From contig NW_025963902.1 in NCBI RefSeq assembly GCF_023055435.1, positions 2,539,815-2,603,814 of the forward strand: DNA of 64,000 nt, in the 5' to 3' direction. The position numbers and the translations under genes are program-made. The DNA is from Haliotis rufescens (lineage: Eukaryota). Shown here piece by piece: positions 10,541 through 23,750 of the stretch (positions within the stretch are counted from its first letter, which is position 1; every line of letters begins with the position of its first letter). The notes beneath the pieces were generated by a model that did no database searches, was not told the origin of the DNA, and worked only from the letters and a program-made list of their open reading frames with translations.

Positions 10541-13500
10541 AAAGGATTACTAAGTTTGTCATCCAGTATAATGCACTTCCACGATTAGCATAATTAGAAC
10601 GGAGTTTGTAATTAGGTACATCCGGACTCCAGTTAATCAAGGCAGCTACATCAGTTGAGAGTGTGAGCAACTGGAGAAGAGGCGAGCAACTCAATGTGAT
10701 TAATGAATTAGTGGAATTTTAATAAATAAACGAACGCCTGTCGCAAAAATGCATTCGAACATTGAACACGCACAATCGCAGATTTCTATGGTACATTTGA
10801 GGGTGAACGTGAACAAAGCCGTGCAGGTTGCCTAACAGCGATTTGTCTTCAGAACACACAGTGAGCTCAGGTGAGTTTATTAATGATGATATTTTTATTC
10901 ATTCATAGATATGGCGATCATGAGCGCTGACACTATATGTGTTCGCAATAGAACATTTGGAAGACTAGACACATATTGATTCACTAAATGACTACATCAA
11001 ATCCAGTATTTGTTTAATGCAACAAGTTTAAAGCATTCAAAATTGTGCATTATTATAAAATACAATGTGTGTCGTTTCGTCCCCCATGTAAAATACATTA
11101 ATTATTTGTTTTAAATATAATTTAATATTAAGTGCAAAACCTAATCTTAAAATGAAAGGAATTAATATTTATGACTTTGGGAATAATATTTCAGTCAGAT
11201 TCTGATATTGACGAGTTAAAAAGGAAATCCCTATGATTAATTGCCTTAGAAGTCTTAGATACCTTTCTGGTGTCCACCGCCGTAAACCATACTCACTCAC
11301 TCAGTTAAATAACTCCTTTCACATAAATCGTTAGAAGTTATGAACAAGCATATAATGCCCACATTTGGGATAATTGTACCAAGAACAAGAATAATCCTAG
11401 AATGTTTCCACTAAGATTCATTCCGGACGCTGAAAAATTGCCGATGAGACGTTAAATTTTAACTTACTCACTCAATACGGACTATACGGACTATTTGTGG
11501 GGCGATAAGGGGTACAGGCCACGAGAAAATATATAGAGAAACTAACACAGCCATTACACCTTTTTACAGGATGGAAAACATCTTTGCTGTTAGTAATTAC
11601 ATTTATAGAAATCAAGCAATATACAGGCTATATGTTGTAGAACAGAATGCTTTGCCAAGTTATTCCTACCTGATACCATTAATAATTGGAATAGTCATCT
11701 GATATAGAGGATTATTAAACTTGGACAGTGTGACTTATATACAGTTAAGCCATGATACCAGATTTTGTCACATAATCCTTTATCGCCTCGGACTCGGTTG
11801 TAGTGATTTAAACTTCCATCGGCTTAAAAGACAATATATTAAGAAACGATTCGCCTTTCTATTCTAAAAGCTAAGTGAGTTTATATCCAGTGGTTTATGG
11901 GAAACAATTTGTCAATTTGGTATTTTGAAATCGGTCCATGTAAATCCTACGTTCGGGTGAATTTGCACTAATGTTATAACTTAAGAATTAATTCATCTTT
12001 TAAGACACGTTTTAAGTATTAAACAGTTAAATAGCTTTTTTTAGTAATTGAACACCTTTCCATCGACCGCACCATACTGTTGACCAATCGTTTTTCATGT
12101 ATTCTACGTCAAATAAGATCAGAACACGTGTATAATTACAACATCCCCAGGATACCAATAACAACGAAATGTACAAATTAACAAACATGACCAACATTAT
12201 TATTTCATGATAATGTAGGTGTCATGCATGTAATTATAGCTATATAAACATATGTTTAATTATTCAGTTTGTGTGAAGTCGGTCATAAATACAAGAAACA
12301 GTTGATTCTGAAATTCTTTAATCATGTACTTTTAAGTATATTTTCCCAATATTATGTTATCCCCAAAAGGGCAATTATATTCATGTTATATTTATCAGTC
12401 AATTTTTTAATACGAATTACGTAACATTTATGCTACTTTGATTTTATAAGACCAATGTTGTTGTTACAGATTCAGGGACCGACTAGGTTCATTACATGTC
12501 ATAAAAGTGCCGGGACATAATGTGGTGGCAATACATTCTCTAATTAACACCTGTCACAAAGGGACGGGCCATTTGGGTTTGTCCTCGGGGAATGTGTTAT
12601 GCAATTTGTGTATTCACGAAATAACATTCAACAAGTCGGGTGATTAAGGATTGATGCATTTGTACTTCATATAAATAAATGAATTACATTATTTTCTTAA
12701 TCGTGTGCGAAATACGCATAATGTCGGAAAGCGCAAGTTAAATCCCCAAATACTGACTTCGTTCCTAAATAAATCACAACCCTCACTTATAATTGTATCA
12801 CTGCATCACTTTAAATTTTAATGATGTAAATCACGTATCTGTCACTTTTTAATGTAGAATACGTCAGTCACTCAACCAGTTCCACTATTATTTTCCCAAA
12901 AGATCAAAGATTAAAAACAGTTATCAAGATTTAATTTCCATATATTAGATATATTTAATCTTAACATTGAAACATCTTCATGTATTATTCTGTATTGAAT
13001 GACATTAGATATACGCTCCTATACCGCCGCTGGTGTCTTAATTTGCGAGAATTAAACATTTAGTTTGCATCCAACCATGCGCGTCCCAAATTATACAGCG
13101 TCAAGCTTTCAGAGCTCCAAATAAGTTTTCCAAAGTAGAAATTAAGCAAAATGAATGTTTATCAAGTTCCTTTTGCTATAACATATGCATGCTGTTATGG
13201 TTTTTCAAAAAAAATTCTTCGTTCTCTCTGTTGTTACATTATACAGTTAATTGAAAACTGTAATCTCAAACATATCTAATGCTACTTCAACACTTTATCA
13301 TATACTTAGCAGTTGAATATTCTGTAAAATTGAAATTAATCCTCTATTAGTTTACAGTGACGATTCTTGCAGGCTATATAATGCAGGCACGGCCCGTTAT
13401 GTATCATTCAATCTTTATCTTTCTCACTTTCTTATAAAGGCATAATGATCGATAATCTCTTCTGTTGCAGTGTGAAATGTTAATTTATTGTAAGTAAGGC

Positions 13501-15149
13501 TAATCCCTTTCTCCAGACATAAATTGATCACTCACCAACAACTGACAAGGGAATACTCCTCGTTAAGGCAATACTAAGTGATACAATATACTGCAGATTA
13601 ATTAACTAATTAAGGGTTAAATGAGATTGTTTACTCAGAGTGTGATGTAATCCGTTTGATGTCGAATTACAAAGAGTGAATCTTCAAAAAGGGTAAGCAT
13701 ACCCAACACTACCAGTAGCACCTGGCATTCCCAAATAGTGTTGTTCTAATACATCAAGCTTTAATACTGACACGTTGCTTAAGGGTTATCGGAATAAATT
13801 TGAATTTGATTTTCACATATTCTCCTCCATTTCTCATGAGCATATACATGGATATACATACATATGCATTATAAATTTGAAATGCAATTGTAAATAAAGT
13901 TGTTGTTTTTCTCCAGAAGAGTCGTAACCGAGTGGGGGGTGGGTGATGCGTATTTTGTCTCAAAAGCCAAAATGGTTGGTTGTTTAAATAGTGACACTTT
14001 AATAAACTATTCTTCTTCTTCATTTTGTTCATTGTCAAGATGCTGTGTATTACTTCCCAGACTAATGACATGTGTTATCATTTTTTATCTTCAAATATCA
14101 CGATGAGCCCACTGATACCGTCATTATGTTGATTGCCTGATTGTTTAGAACTATCAGTCGCGATATGTTATATGATTGCATTGTATAACATCGGCATGCT
14201 GTTCACTTTCATTGTAAAAAGTACAGGTATAAGTATTCATATTCGACTTCTTATCATTTGTATTTGTAAGATTTTTTTAACATTTTCTTGCGCCTGTTGT
14301 ACATTACATTTATGGTCGTAGTTTGTTGACTTTGCTAACAATATTAGACTGAGCCCCAAGAAATGTTTTGAACATTTGATTGCATTTTAAGCAATTTTGT
14401 GCCGTCTGGACAATATTCATACCAAAAAATGTAACAGTGGCAAAAGTAAAAAAAACAAAGATGGCGGATGTAAAATTTCGGAGTTAAATCAGTACTTTTA
14501 AAAAATCGGGAATAGTTTCTGCGCTTCCGGCCACCTGGGTTCCAGCCATTAATGCCTAAGTCCACTTTTGCATACAAATAAATAAAACAGTGTGGAATAA
14601 ATCCTACACAATGAAAACAACATACCCATGCTAGGAATGAACTCTTTGAAATTTCTTTGAAATCATCAAATATCTGCTGGTGTATATACTATAAGAACTA
14701 ATGCAATGATGCAGAAATGATGCACTGATAGTAGGTGTCGCTGAAAATCACTGGTGCATGACTTTGTTTATTGTAGGCCGTAGGCATTAGTGGATGTAGG
14801 CATTAGTGGACGAGGACGCCACCTGGGAGCAATACTGCCACAAACGTGCAATGTCCCTTTCCCCATGTTGAAGCATATTTAGAAAAGCATACCTTTGTAC
14901 TTATTATCTTTTGTAAAACATAAAACATTAATACAACATATATCCCCGTGTTATGGGTTTTCGGACGCTGAATAAACATTCATAGTTTTTTCACATGAAC
15001 AACTGTAAAACATCTCATTCACTTATAAAAGACAACTTTATCATAAAAAAAGTCATTACTGGATTATTAACAATTTCTGTGTGACGCCTCCTACCATATA
15101 TACAAATATATGTCGTATATACAAACTTGTATATTTTTGTATATATCAT

Positions 15150-15215
15150 CATTCCAATCTTGTATATCCTTTGGAAATATCATCTTTCCAAAGGATATAC
15201 AAGCTTGTATATATG
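15150..15215. repeat. Short hairpin-forming inverted repeat 'tcttgtatatcctttggaaa / tttccaaaggatatacaag', possibly the core of a MITE.
   Basis: The perfect ~19-bp arms are visible directly. Confidence 0.5.
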
Positions 15216-16309
15216 GACTTTTTTTGCAGTGATTGATATAAGATGTGCATGCTATAATTAATTAAAAGGATCTTTTGGCCGGAAGCGAACACGCAAAACT
15301 GGCGTGCATTCAATAAGCCGTTTGTTGCCGAGGCGCCCGCGAGCGCTAGCGAGCACCTCCGAATATTTCCTAATGAACGGAACGCACGCTGAGAGTGCTT
15401 TCTTGTGCCTCCGCGCATACTGAGGAGTAGGCACGCCGAGGGACAAAGATGGCGGACTTGGACAAAGCGGGGCCTGTGAACATTACATTTTCGACATGGA
15501 ACAACTTGTTAGACATACACGCACTCAGTGGTGAAGTTTGATACCACCACATAAGTAAATACATTTATTTTGAAGACTTTTCACTTGTTCAAACCAGGAC
15601 ATTCCAATTGTTTTAGCTGCATTTTGAAGCCCCTCGCAGAGTATTTTCCCGTGCAACCCATGTTAATTTCAGAACAGAAAAAATCCTTTTCATACGTCTG
15701 TTTGTGAACAAGATACATGTTTAATAAATTTTGGTATGAATTTGCAGTTTTGTCCCAATAACACTCACATGATTTCTTTTTGTAAACATTTGACATGTAT
15801 TATTATGCGATATAAACCTTCATTTTTCGAAACTGGAAACGTAAATTGAGATATTTTCATAGGTGTCTATCTTCTATTAAATAAATCTGAAACATTGCGA
15901 TTTGTTGTTTTTTACTGCAGTCTACAATATTCCAGCAATATCAGGGCGGCCTGTAAATAATCGATTTTGTCCCTGATAACTTAACCAGTGGTTGATTTGG
16001 ACAACGTCCCATGCCGTCATGGGCATTCGTGACCAACTCTGGAACAAGCAGGTTACGGAAAGGTGCAAGTGGTGAAGAATGGCCGTCGGGGTACAATGAA
16101 ACACAATCCACCAAGGCACCGATCCATAGATTACTTTTGGTCAATCAACATAACCTGGAATCTCCAAGTGTTGACTAAAACAACACATCCCAGGAAATAT
16201 TGTTTTTCCCGAACGAGAGCGAGGGTAATACATTTATTCTTAGACGAGTTTTGTAAAATCAGTCTGACAAACATGCGAGTATAATAACTTCTTTGGTACC
16301 TATTAATTC

Positions 16310-16480
16310 CTAATCCATCTGAGCTTTCCTTTAGAGAAATGCACTGATCACGACCGCCGTCTTAGAAAACTACAATTGTCAAATGACGTCAACTGTCTTC
16401 AGCTATGACGTCATTTCTAGTGTCAGAATAAAATTTGAAATACGATAACAATGCCGCCGGATGACATACTAAAATATACT
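16310..16480. mobile_element. Partial copy of the ~250-bp MITE-B family (see 43318 and 61095).
   Basis: It shares 'cttcagctatgacgtcatttctagtgtcagaataaaatttgaaa...acaatgcc..ccg.atgac' with the other two copies. Confidence 0.45.
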
Positions 16481-17762
16481 AGTGCGCGTGAACGATATTG
16501 CACCAGTGCACATACGACTTTTAGTAACTCTATTTTTTTCTAACCCTATAGGTAAGTAATTATTTTTTTGTGATTTATGAGACTTTGTTCTTGCCGTTTT
16601 GGCAATATAGTGACATGTCTAACCCGACGCATTAAATTTAGTCCCCTTAATAACTGTCCAGAATATACTGAAATTAAATATATATGAATATAAACATCAA
16701 ACCAATATGTTTTACCCAAATAACTGGTAAATAAAATACCTGGAATGCAGTTTTAAGAAGTAAGATTTTATTTGTCTTCTTAAATCTACATATTCGACAG
16801 CTTCAATGCAGAACCAGAAGTTCTTATTCACCTAACGTTCCCATTCGACTTTATTTTATTTACCCCAGTACGTTTGTAAATACAGTACGACACGGATATA
16901 ACGAACACGGATAGAGCGAACAAACGGATGCAACAAGCTGTTACAAACTCCACGATCTCATATATTATAATATAAAATTTAATTTCCCCAACGAGCCCAT
17001 CTACCACTAATTAGTGACTTGTACAGCGAACTGAGAAATCTCATTCAGTGTCAATTGTCACTGACAATTGGCTGCACGCAGATTGCGGCGAATCAACACA
17101 ATCTAGTCCATATTTTGATTTTACAATGTTAAATAAGTCGGTAGGATTACATGAATTGGGTCGACGTATATCACGATAATGCCATACAATAGAGTTTTGT
17201 TGTCTGATCGGTGTCTGTCTAACTAACGGTACGTTTATCGTATCTTTATTCTAAACAATAATACTTCGCATACACAATGTTCATCAATATTGCTAAAATC
17301 AGTCTGCGACGCCATTTTGAAAACCGCGCCCTCCGCCGGCGGTAGTTGCAAGATCATTCGATAACACCCGAGCGCCCGCGGAGAGCGCTCAGTAAGCGCT
17401 CAGAAAGCGCCTCGGCCTACTGAACGCATGCCTGTTCTCTTCAGTGTGCACGACACATTCAGTTTAAGTCATTAGATTAACTCCCCCTTATGAAATTTAT
17501 CATGGCTGACAACGCCAAGTTGAAAACGTATCTTTCTGGAGTGAAGTAAAAGGGATTCATGAATTTACATCACTTCCAATTGTGATATTTACAAGGTTGG
17601 TATCATTAGGCTGCACATATGACTTTACCAACACAGACCAGTGAGCTGACCCGCGTAGAAGTGCGTTTCATTTATTGTAAAGATTGCCGCTTGCCCGACG
17701 TGGCGCTATAATTATATGTTTATTTCAAACTAGCTGAGTTTCTAGTGACGACTTGTTAATTA

Positions 17763-18029
17763 TCAAACATTTACCTGTAGTTCATTACTAAGTGCGTGTG
17801 ATCTTGCAGATTTGGGCTGTAATTCATCTCTCACAAAATCGCAGATATATCTGATGCTTGCCTTCCCAAAACGGTAGCGTGCCCTTACTTTTTCATCGCT
17901 CATGGATTCGAGGTGTTGAGTTCGTTTTCTGAAAACACGGTCTTTCCTTGTGCGTCCTAAGCGTTCAAACAATATGTTCGCTGCCATGTTTGTTTTTAAT
18001 GGCACGCTAATGATGCCCAGAACCTTCAT
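17763..18029 (-). pseudogene. N-terminal exon fragment of a Harbinger/PIF (HARBI1-like) transposase: RVFRKRTQHLESMSDEKVRARYRFGKASIRYICDFVRDELQPKSARSHALSNELQ. It ends at a GT donor (cag|gtaaatg), and no intact DDE domain follows.
   Basis: It matches the conserved HARBI1 N-terminus (R.FR.R.NPL...SDEE...RYRF....I.YL...L...L.....RSHALS...QVL). The downstream sequence in the same orientation hits stops within about 15 codons. Confidence 0.5.
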
Positions 18030-18689
18030 TAAGTTAATGACGCGCTAATGACACCACGACATCATTAAAACGTTAGTACAACTGGATTTAATTATACATT
18101 AGTTAAGGTTATTGACACGTTAATGCATCATTCCCAATTCGTCACCACAGCATCTCCCCGAAACAAGGGAGTTAACTGTGCATGTGTACCGTCAACTTAG
18201 CGTCAGCTCTATACATGTATCAAGTATTAAGAAAAATGAATTGTCATTTGAAAAGTTTCTGAAGACTTTAATTGATATATTTCGGATAGAGAAATCAATT
18301 GCACACAAAATCAATACAGTAAGACAGTTTGACAGAAAATGGAAAAATTTGGCAAATGAATTGTCTAGTTAATCTTTTTCAACATGAACAATTTCCACTA
18401 ATGTGCTGTAAGGATTTAGCTTCCCACTTAGTTAATAAACATGGCAAATGTAGCCTGCCCGTTTCACCATTTGTGAACATTGTGAGACACCTGTAGCCAA
18501 CTTAAATTTGCTGTATGGGTATGTAACACCTAATAAGTATACCACATGATGTGCTACTCAATGTATAACTCTGTAATATCATATACTGAATTGAATAAAA
18601 AATATTTTAAAAAAGAAAGATCGTCAACAGATATTTTCCAAATCTTTTAATGTTTTTAATCTTGGTGCTCATGTGATTTTATGCACTTC

Positions 18690-18900
18690 GCGAAGTAAGA
18701 ACCGTTTATTACAATATAGATCTTGATTATCCATCAGATCGTCTTCACTGGGAGACGCCATTTTGTTTGAAGCAAATGCAAGGGATATGAGAGGTGGAAT
18801 CTGATTGGTCAATTGGAGGGACATAGAACTCAGAGGTCGAAAGTACCAGATTGGCCCATGAGCCACCGCCTTCTGGCGTAAGACTCTTGGCAATTTATTC
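18690..18900 (-). mobile_element. Internal segment of the MITE-C family, in reverse orientation relative to the copy nested at 48320-48785.
   Basis: The reverse complement of 18720-18805 matches 48447-48530 ('ggaccaatcagattccacctct..tat..ctt..atttgcttcaaacaaaatg..gc..ccagt.a.gacgatctgat'). Confidence 0.5.
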
Positions 18901-19299
18901 AATCCAAAATTGAGAATTCACACAAGTTATGCACGGCCAAGACCAAAATATACATTAAAATACAACACAGGTGTGCATATACAATATTACGCACAGGGCC
19001 TGGCATGACCAGCCGATTGATAAGACCGGGCCCATCTTACCACCCGTCTAGGTGAAGTAAGGGTCAAAGTAGTGTGTTGGGCAAAGGAACACAGTTCCAG
19101 GAACCAGTGCCCTCAACTACAAGACTCCCGTCCTCCGCCGACACAGGGACGCAACCCACGGCAAACGGGCTGCCCACTTTGGTCGCCTCTTACGACCAGC
19201 AATGGGGTGCTGTGGAAATATTCTACCCCGGTTCCACACGGGGGAAGAGCTATTAGCGCTACTCAGCACTCACCACGAGGAGGTTCCTCTTCACGATTG

Positions 19300-20935
19300 C
19301 CGACACCACTGGGAACGAGGCACCAGTAAGAACTAGACATCATGAGGGACGAGGACCAGTAGGTACTAGATACCACTAGGGACAAGACACCAGTTGGTAC
19401 TAGACACTACTAGGGACGAGGCACCAGTAGGTACTACACACCACTAGGGACGAGGCACCAGTAGGTACTACACACCACTAGGGACGAGACAACAGTAGGT
19501 ACTAGACACCACTAGAGACAAGGCGACAGTAGGTACTAAACACTACTAGGGACGAGACAACAAGAGGTACTAGACACCACTAGAGACAAGGCGACAGTAG
19601 GTACTAAACACTACTAGGGACGAGACAACAGTAGGTACTAGACACCACTAGAGACAAGGCGACAGTAGGTACTAAACACTACTAGGGACGAGACAACAGT
19701 AGGTACTAGACACCACTAGGGACCAGGCACCAGAAGGGACTAGACACCACTAGAGACAAGGCATCAGTAGGTACTACACACCACTAGGGACAAGACACCA
19801 GTAGGTACTAGACACCACTAGGGACGAGACAACAGTAGGTACTAGACACCACTAGGGACCAGGCACCAGTAGGTACTAGACACCACTAGAGACAAGGCAC
19901 CAGTAGGTACTAGATACCACTAGGGACGAGACACCAGTAGGTACTAGACACCACTAGGGACCAGGCACCAGTAGGTACTTGACACCACTAGGGTCAAGAC
20001 ACCAGTAGGAACTAGACACTACTAGGTACGAGGCCCCAGCATGTTCTAGACACCACTAGGGACGAGGCACTAGTAGGTATTAGGGATGAGACAACAGTAG
20101 GTACTAGACACCACTAGGGACCAGGCACCAGTAGGTACTAGACACCACTAGGGACCAGGCACCAGTAGGTACTAGACACCACAAGGGACGAGACACGAGT
20201 AGGTACTAGACACCACTAGGGACCAGGCACCAGTAGGTACTAGACACCACTAGAGACAAGGCACCAGTAGGTACTAAACACCACTAGGGACGAGACAACA
20301 GTAGGTACTAGACACCACTAGGGACCAGGCACCAGTAGGTACTAGACACCACTAGGGACTAGGCACCAGTAGGTACTAGACACCACTAGGGACCAGGCAC
20401 CAGTAGGTACTAGACACCACTAGAGACAAGGCACCAGTAGGTACTAGACACCACTAGGGACGAGACACCAGTAGGTACTAGACACCACTAGGGACCAGGC
20501 ACCAGTAGGTACTTGACACCACTAGGGTCAAGACACCAGTAGGAACTAGACACTACTAGGTACGAGGCACCAGTAAGTACTAGACACTACTAGGTACGAG
20601 GCACCAGTAGGTACTAGACACTACTAGGGACGAGGCACCAGTAGGTACTAGACACTACTAGGGACGAGGCACCAGTAGGTACTAGACACCACTAGGGACG
20701 AGGCACCAGTAGGTACTAGACACCACAAGGGATTAGGCGCCAGTAGGTACTAGACAACAAAAGGGACTAGGCACCAGTAAGTACTAGACACCACAAGGGA
20801 CGAGGCACCAGTAGGTACTAGACACCACAAGGGACGAGGCACCAGTAGGTACTAGACACCACTAGAGACGAAGCACCAGTAGGTACTAAACACCACTAGG
20901 GACGAGGCACCAGACGGTACTAAATTCCACTAAGT
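19300..20935. repeat. Minisatellite with a 34-bp unit 'tagggacgaggcaccagtaggtactagacaccac' and about 48 copies.
   Basis: The regular 34-bp periodicity was counted directly. Variants include gacaaggc, ccaggcac and gagacaac. Confidence 0.9.
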
Positions 20936-21609
20936 ACTTGACTCAACTGTTTTTCAAAGTGACTGTCAGCTACATTGTTCCCAGCAGTTTGGACAGTGAC
21001 ACCTCGTTACTGTTGTGTGGGACCTACACGGTTAATGACAGGTCTGTACAGCTTGAAGTAAAGAAATAGCTTGAGGACGTTCTAGGAAGAGTCAACAGCC
21101 CGGAAAACTGCCTTGACACCTTGTATCTGAACCTTGGCGGAGATGATGATAAAGAGGGGGATGAAGGTGAGGAGGTAGATGATGGTCATGATGTGGACCA
21201 TCTGAGAAAGCTGCAGCTTATTCATGTTGTGACGACCTATGGTGGACATGGTAGGACATTTCATAAAGGACCGAATTCACAGTTAGCAAGCCGCTGCTGT
21301 GAAAATTGGGATGAGCAGTATGTTGAGAACCATCAGAAGATGGAACCAACAGTTGGAGGGCGTTATATCCATGTACAAGATACCTGAACGTGACTTGAGG
21401 TCAACTGTGTAGGGGCTGCTGATCGCAATGCTGATGGTCCAGGAACAAGCAATGAAGGCAAAGACCCGTTTCCATGCTGCTGCCTGCATATAGCCAGGTA
21501 GAGGTTTACTGAAAGGGCGCTTAGGAGACCACGCCACTGAGACTAAATAAGGAAAGTCGAAGGTGTATGTCAAATTGAACCATTCCAGGACGAATAACAA
21601 ACAAAAATA

Positions 21610-22872
21610 TACTCCTCACAAAAAGTTAAGCAACAAGTATTATTTTCCGTGCAACATTCTCATCAGTGTTGAATGCCATCCACTTAGAACAAATTCAGGC
21701 AGGAGAATTACCTACGAATACTCGAATTAAAGCCTTTTCCATGTAGATTTTCCTGCTAACACTGATAACATCGCCTGAACACAACCACCCTCAAAACACA
21801 CATGCAAAATGCACGACATGCATGTTTTACACACTTCACCCATGCACCCTGATTGCTTACAAACTGCCAGCAAGGGCAATTTGTAGAAATTAACACTTTA
21901 GACATGGCTAGGCGTCACTTAACGCCAACTGAGGTTGCTCAGATTGTTGGAATGGTACAGTGGGGTCTCACCCAAACTGCTGTTGCCAATCATTTTAATG
22001 TTCACCGCAGTGTCATCTCAAGAGCGATAACTCGATACCATCAAACTGGACTGATGACAGAGAGACCACGCACAGGTCATCCAAGGGTGACAACTCCTCG
22101 TGAGGACCGATATTTAGCCACCCTAGCCCGGAGAAACAGGTTTACTACGGCCGGGCTCTCCAGAATGACCTTCAGAGAGTTGCAGGAAACAGAGTCTCAA
22201 CACAGACAGTAAGAAACAGACTTCACGCTCAGGATCTGAGGTCCAGACGACCAGTACGACGTATCCCACTGCCTGCACACCATCGACAACAGAGACTTGC
22301 TTGGGCCGATCAACGTCGTAACTGGAGGGTGAATCGCTGGCGTAACGTTCTCTTCACAGACAAGTCAAGATTCTGCCTTGACTTCAACGATGGTAGGGCA
22401 CGTGTGTGGACATTGTGTGCATGGGACATTCTTGGAAGGCGTGTTTATGGTCTTCATGTTCGTCCTCAGAACCTGGATCAACTTGAACAGGCCTTAAGGA
22501 GAGAATGGCAGAACATTCCACAACAGACACTTGATAGGCTTATCTGGTCAATGCCAAGACGTGTAGAAGCTTGCATTCAAGCCAATAGTGGACATACACG
22601 TTACTGAACATTGGATCATTGTTTCAAAATGACTTAAACTCAAATTTAAAGATTTTCATCTTTCAGTGCAGCACATTTTGCACGACTGTTTTCATGATAC
22701 TGTTTTTGATCATTTGTAAACCTGTTAGGCATAAACGCTTTTCAGTTCCCTTTGAGGACAATGTGTGTTTGTGCTCTTTCTTTGTGTTGCTTTAGTCAGT
22801 ATTTAGTTATTGGAATATATGAACATGGACTGACACATAATAGATTTGTTGCTTAACTTTTTGTGAGGAGTA
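21610..22872 (+). mobile_element. Tc1/mariner-superfamily DNA transposon of 1263 bp, internally deleted. The 30-bp TIRs 'tactcctcacaaaaagttaagcaacaa...ttgttgcttaactttttgtgaggagta' are flanked by a TA target-site duplication.
   Basis: The left TIR is at 21610-21639 and the right TIR at 22843-22872, as perfect reverse complements. TA sits at 21608-21609 and 22873-22874. Confidence 0.85.
21853..22607 (+). pseudogene. Tc1-family transposase remnant. The N-terminal HTH domain (…TGHPRVTTPREDRYLATLARRNRFTTAGL…) is followed by a frameshift. Then come the first catalytic D region (LFTDKSRFCLDFNDGRARVW) and the C-terminal tail (LIWSMPRRVEACIQANSGHTRY). Most of the DD(34)E core is deleted.
   Basis: Two ORFs in different frames (21853-22212 and 22329-22607) carry Tc1 motifs. 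The ~150 aa between the first D and the C-terminus are missing. Confidence 0.8.
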
Positions 22873-23750
22873 TATGTTCATGATCCAGACCCACCGTGAT
22901 GGTTGTTCATGATCAAAGCCTACCATGAGGGTTGTTCATGATCCAAGCCTACCATGATGGTCGTTTGTGATCCAAGCCTACAGTGATGGTCGTTCATTAT
23001 CCAGGCCTACCGTGATGGTTGTTCATGATCCAAGCCTGCCGTGATGGTTGTTCATGATCCAAGCCTACCATGATGGTTGTTTGTGATCCAAGCCTACAGT
23101 GATGGTCGTTCATTATCCAGGCCTAACATGATGGTTGTTCATGATCCAAGCCTGCCGTGATGGTTGTTCATGATCCAAGCCTACCATGACGGTTGTTCAT
23201 GATCCACACCCACTGTGATGGTTGTTCATGATCCACACCCAACCTGATGGTTGTTCATGATCAACACCCAACGTGATGGTTGTTTATGATCCACACCCAC
23301 TGTGATGGTTGTTCATGATCCACACCCAACGTGATGGTTGTTCTAGATCCACACCCAACGTGATGGTTGTTCATGATCCAATCATACCATGATGGTTGTT
23401 CATGATCCACACCCACCATGATGGTTGTTCATGATCCAAGCCTACCATGATGGTTGTTCATGATCAAATCCTACCGTGATGGTCGTTCATGATCCACACC
23501 CACCGTGATGGTTGTTCATGATCCAAGCCTACCGTGATGGTTGTTCATGATCCAAGCCTACCATGATGGTTGTTCATGATCCACACCCACAGTGATGGTT
23601 GTTCATGATCCAAGCCTACCATGATGGTCGTTCATGATCCAAGCCTACCGTGATTGATGATCATGATCCACACCCACCGCGATGGTTGTTCTTGATCAAT
23701 ATCCCAAGATTGTTGTTCATGATCCATACCAATCGTGATGTGGTGGTCGG
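22866..23750. repeat. Minisatellite with a 29-bp unit 'atgatccaagcctaccgtgatggttgttc' and about 30 copies. It starts directly at the right TIR of the Tc1 element.
   Basis: The period was counted directly. Variants include cacacccac/aagcctacc and atgatgg/gtgatgg. Confidence 0.9.

Noticed and set aside
15941-16144. Minus ORF containing 'IGALVDCVSLYPDG', superficially like a Harbinger DDE 'GAIDGTHI' motif and lying near the HARBI1-like fragment.
   Set aside because: The 3' part of the ORF is the reverse complement of a SINE family 2 fragment (ggcggcctgtaaataatcga). The rest of the DDE signature is absent. This is probably a coincidence.
15270-17420. GC-rich segments at 15300-15440 and 17330-17420 with partial mutual similarity (gagcgcccgcg…agcgct), considered as copies of a dispersed element or a CpG-island promoter.
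   Set aside because: The similarity is short and patchy and I could not define boundaries or orientation convincingly. The evidence is insufficient for a call.
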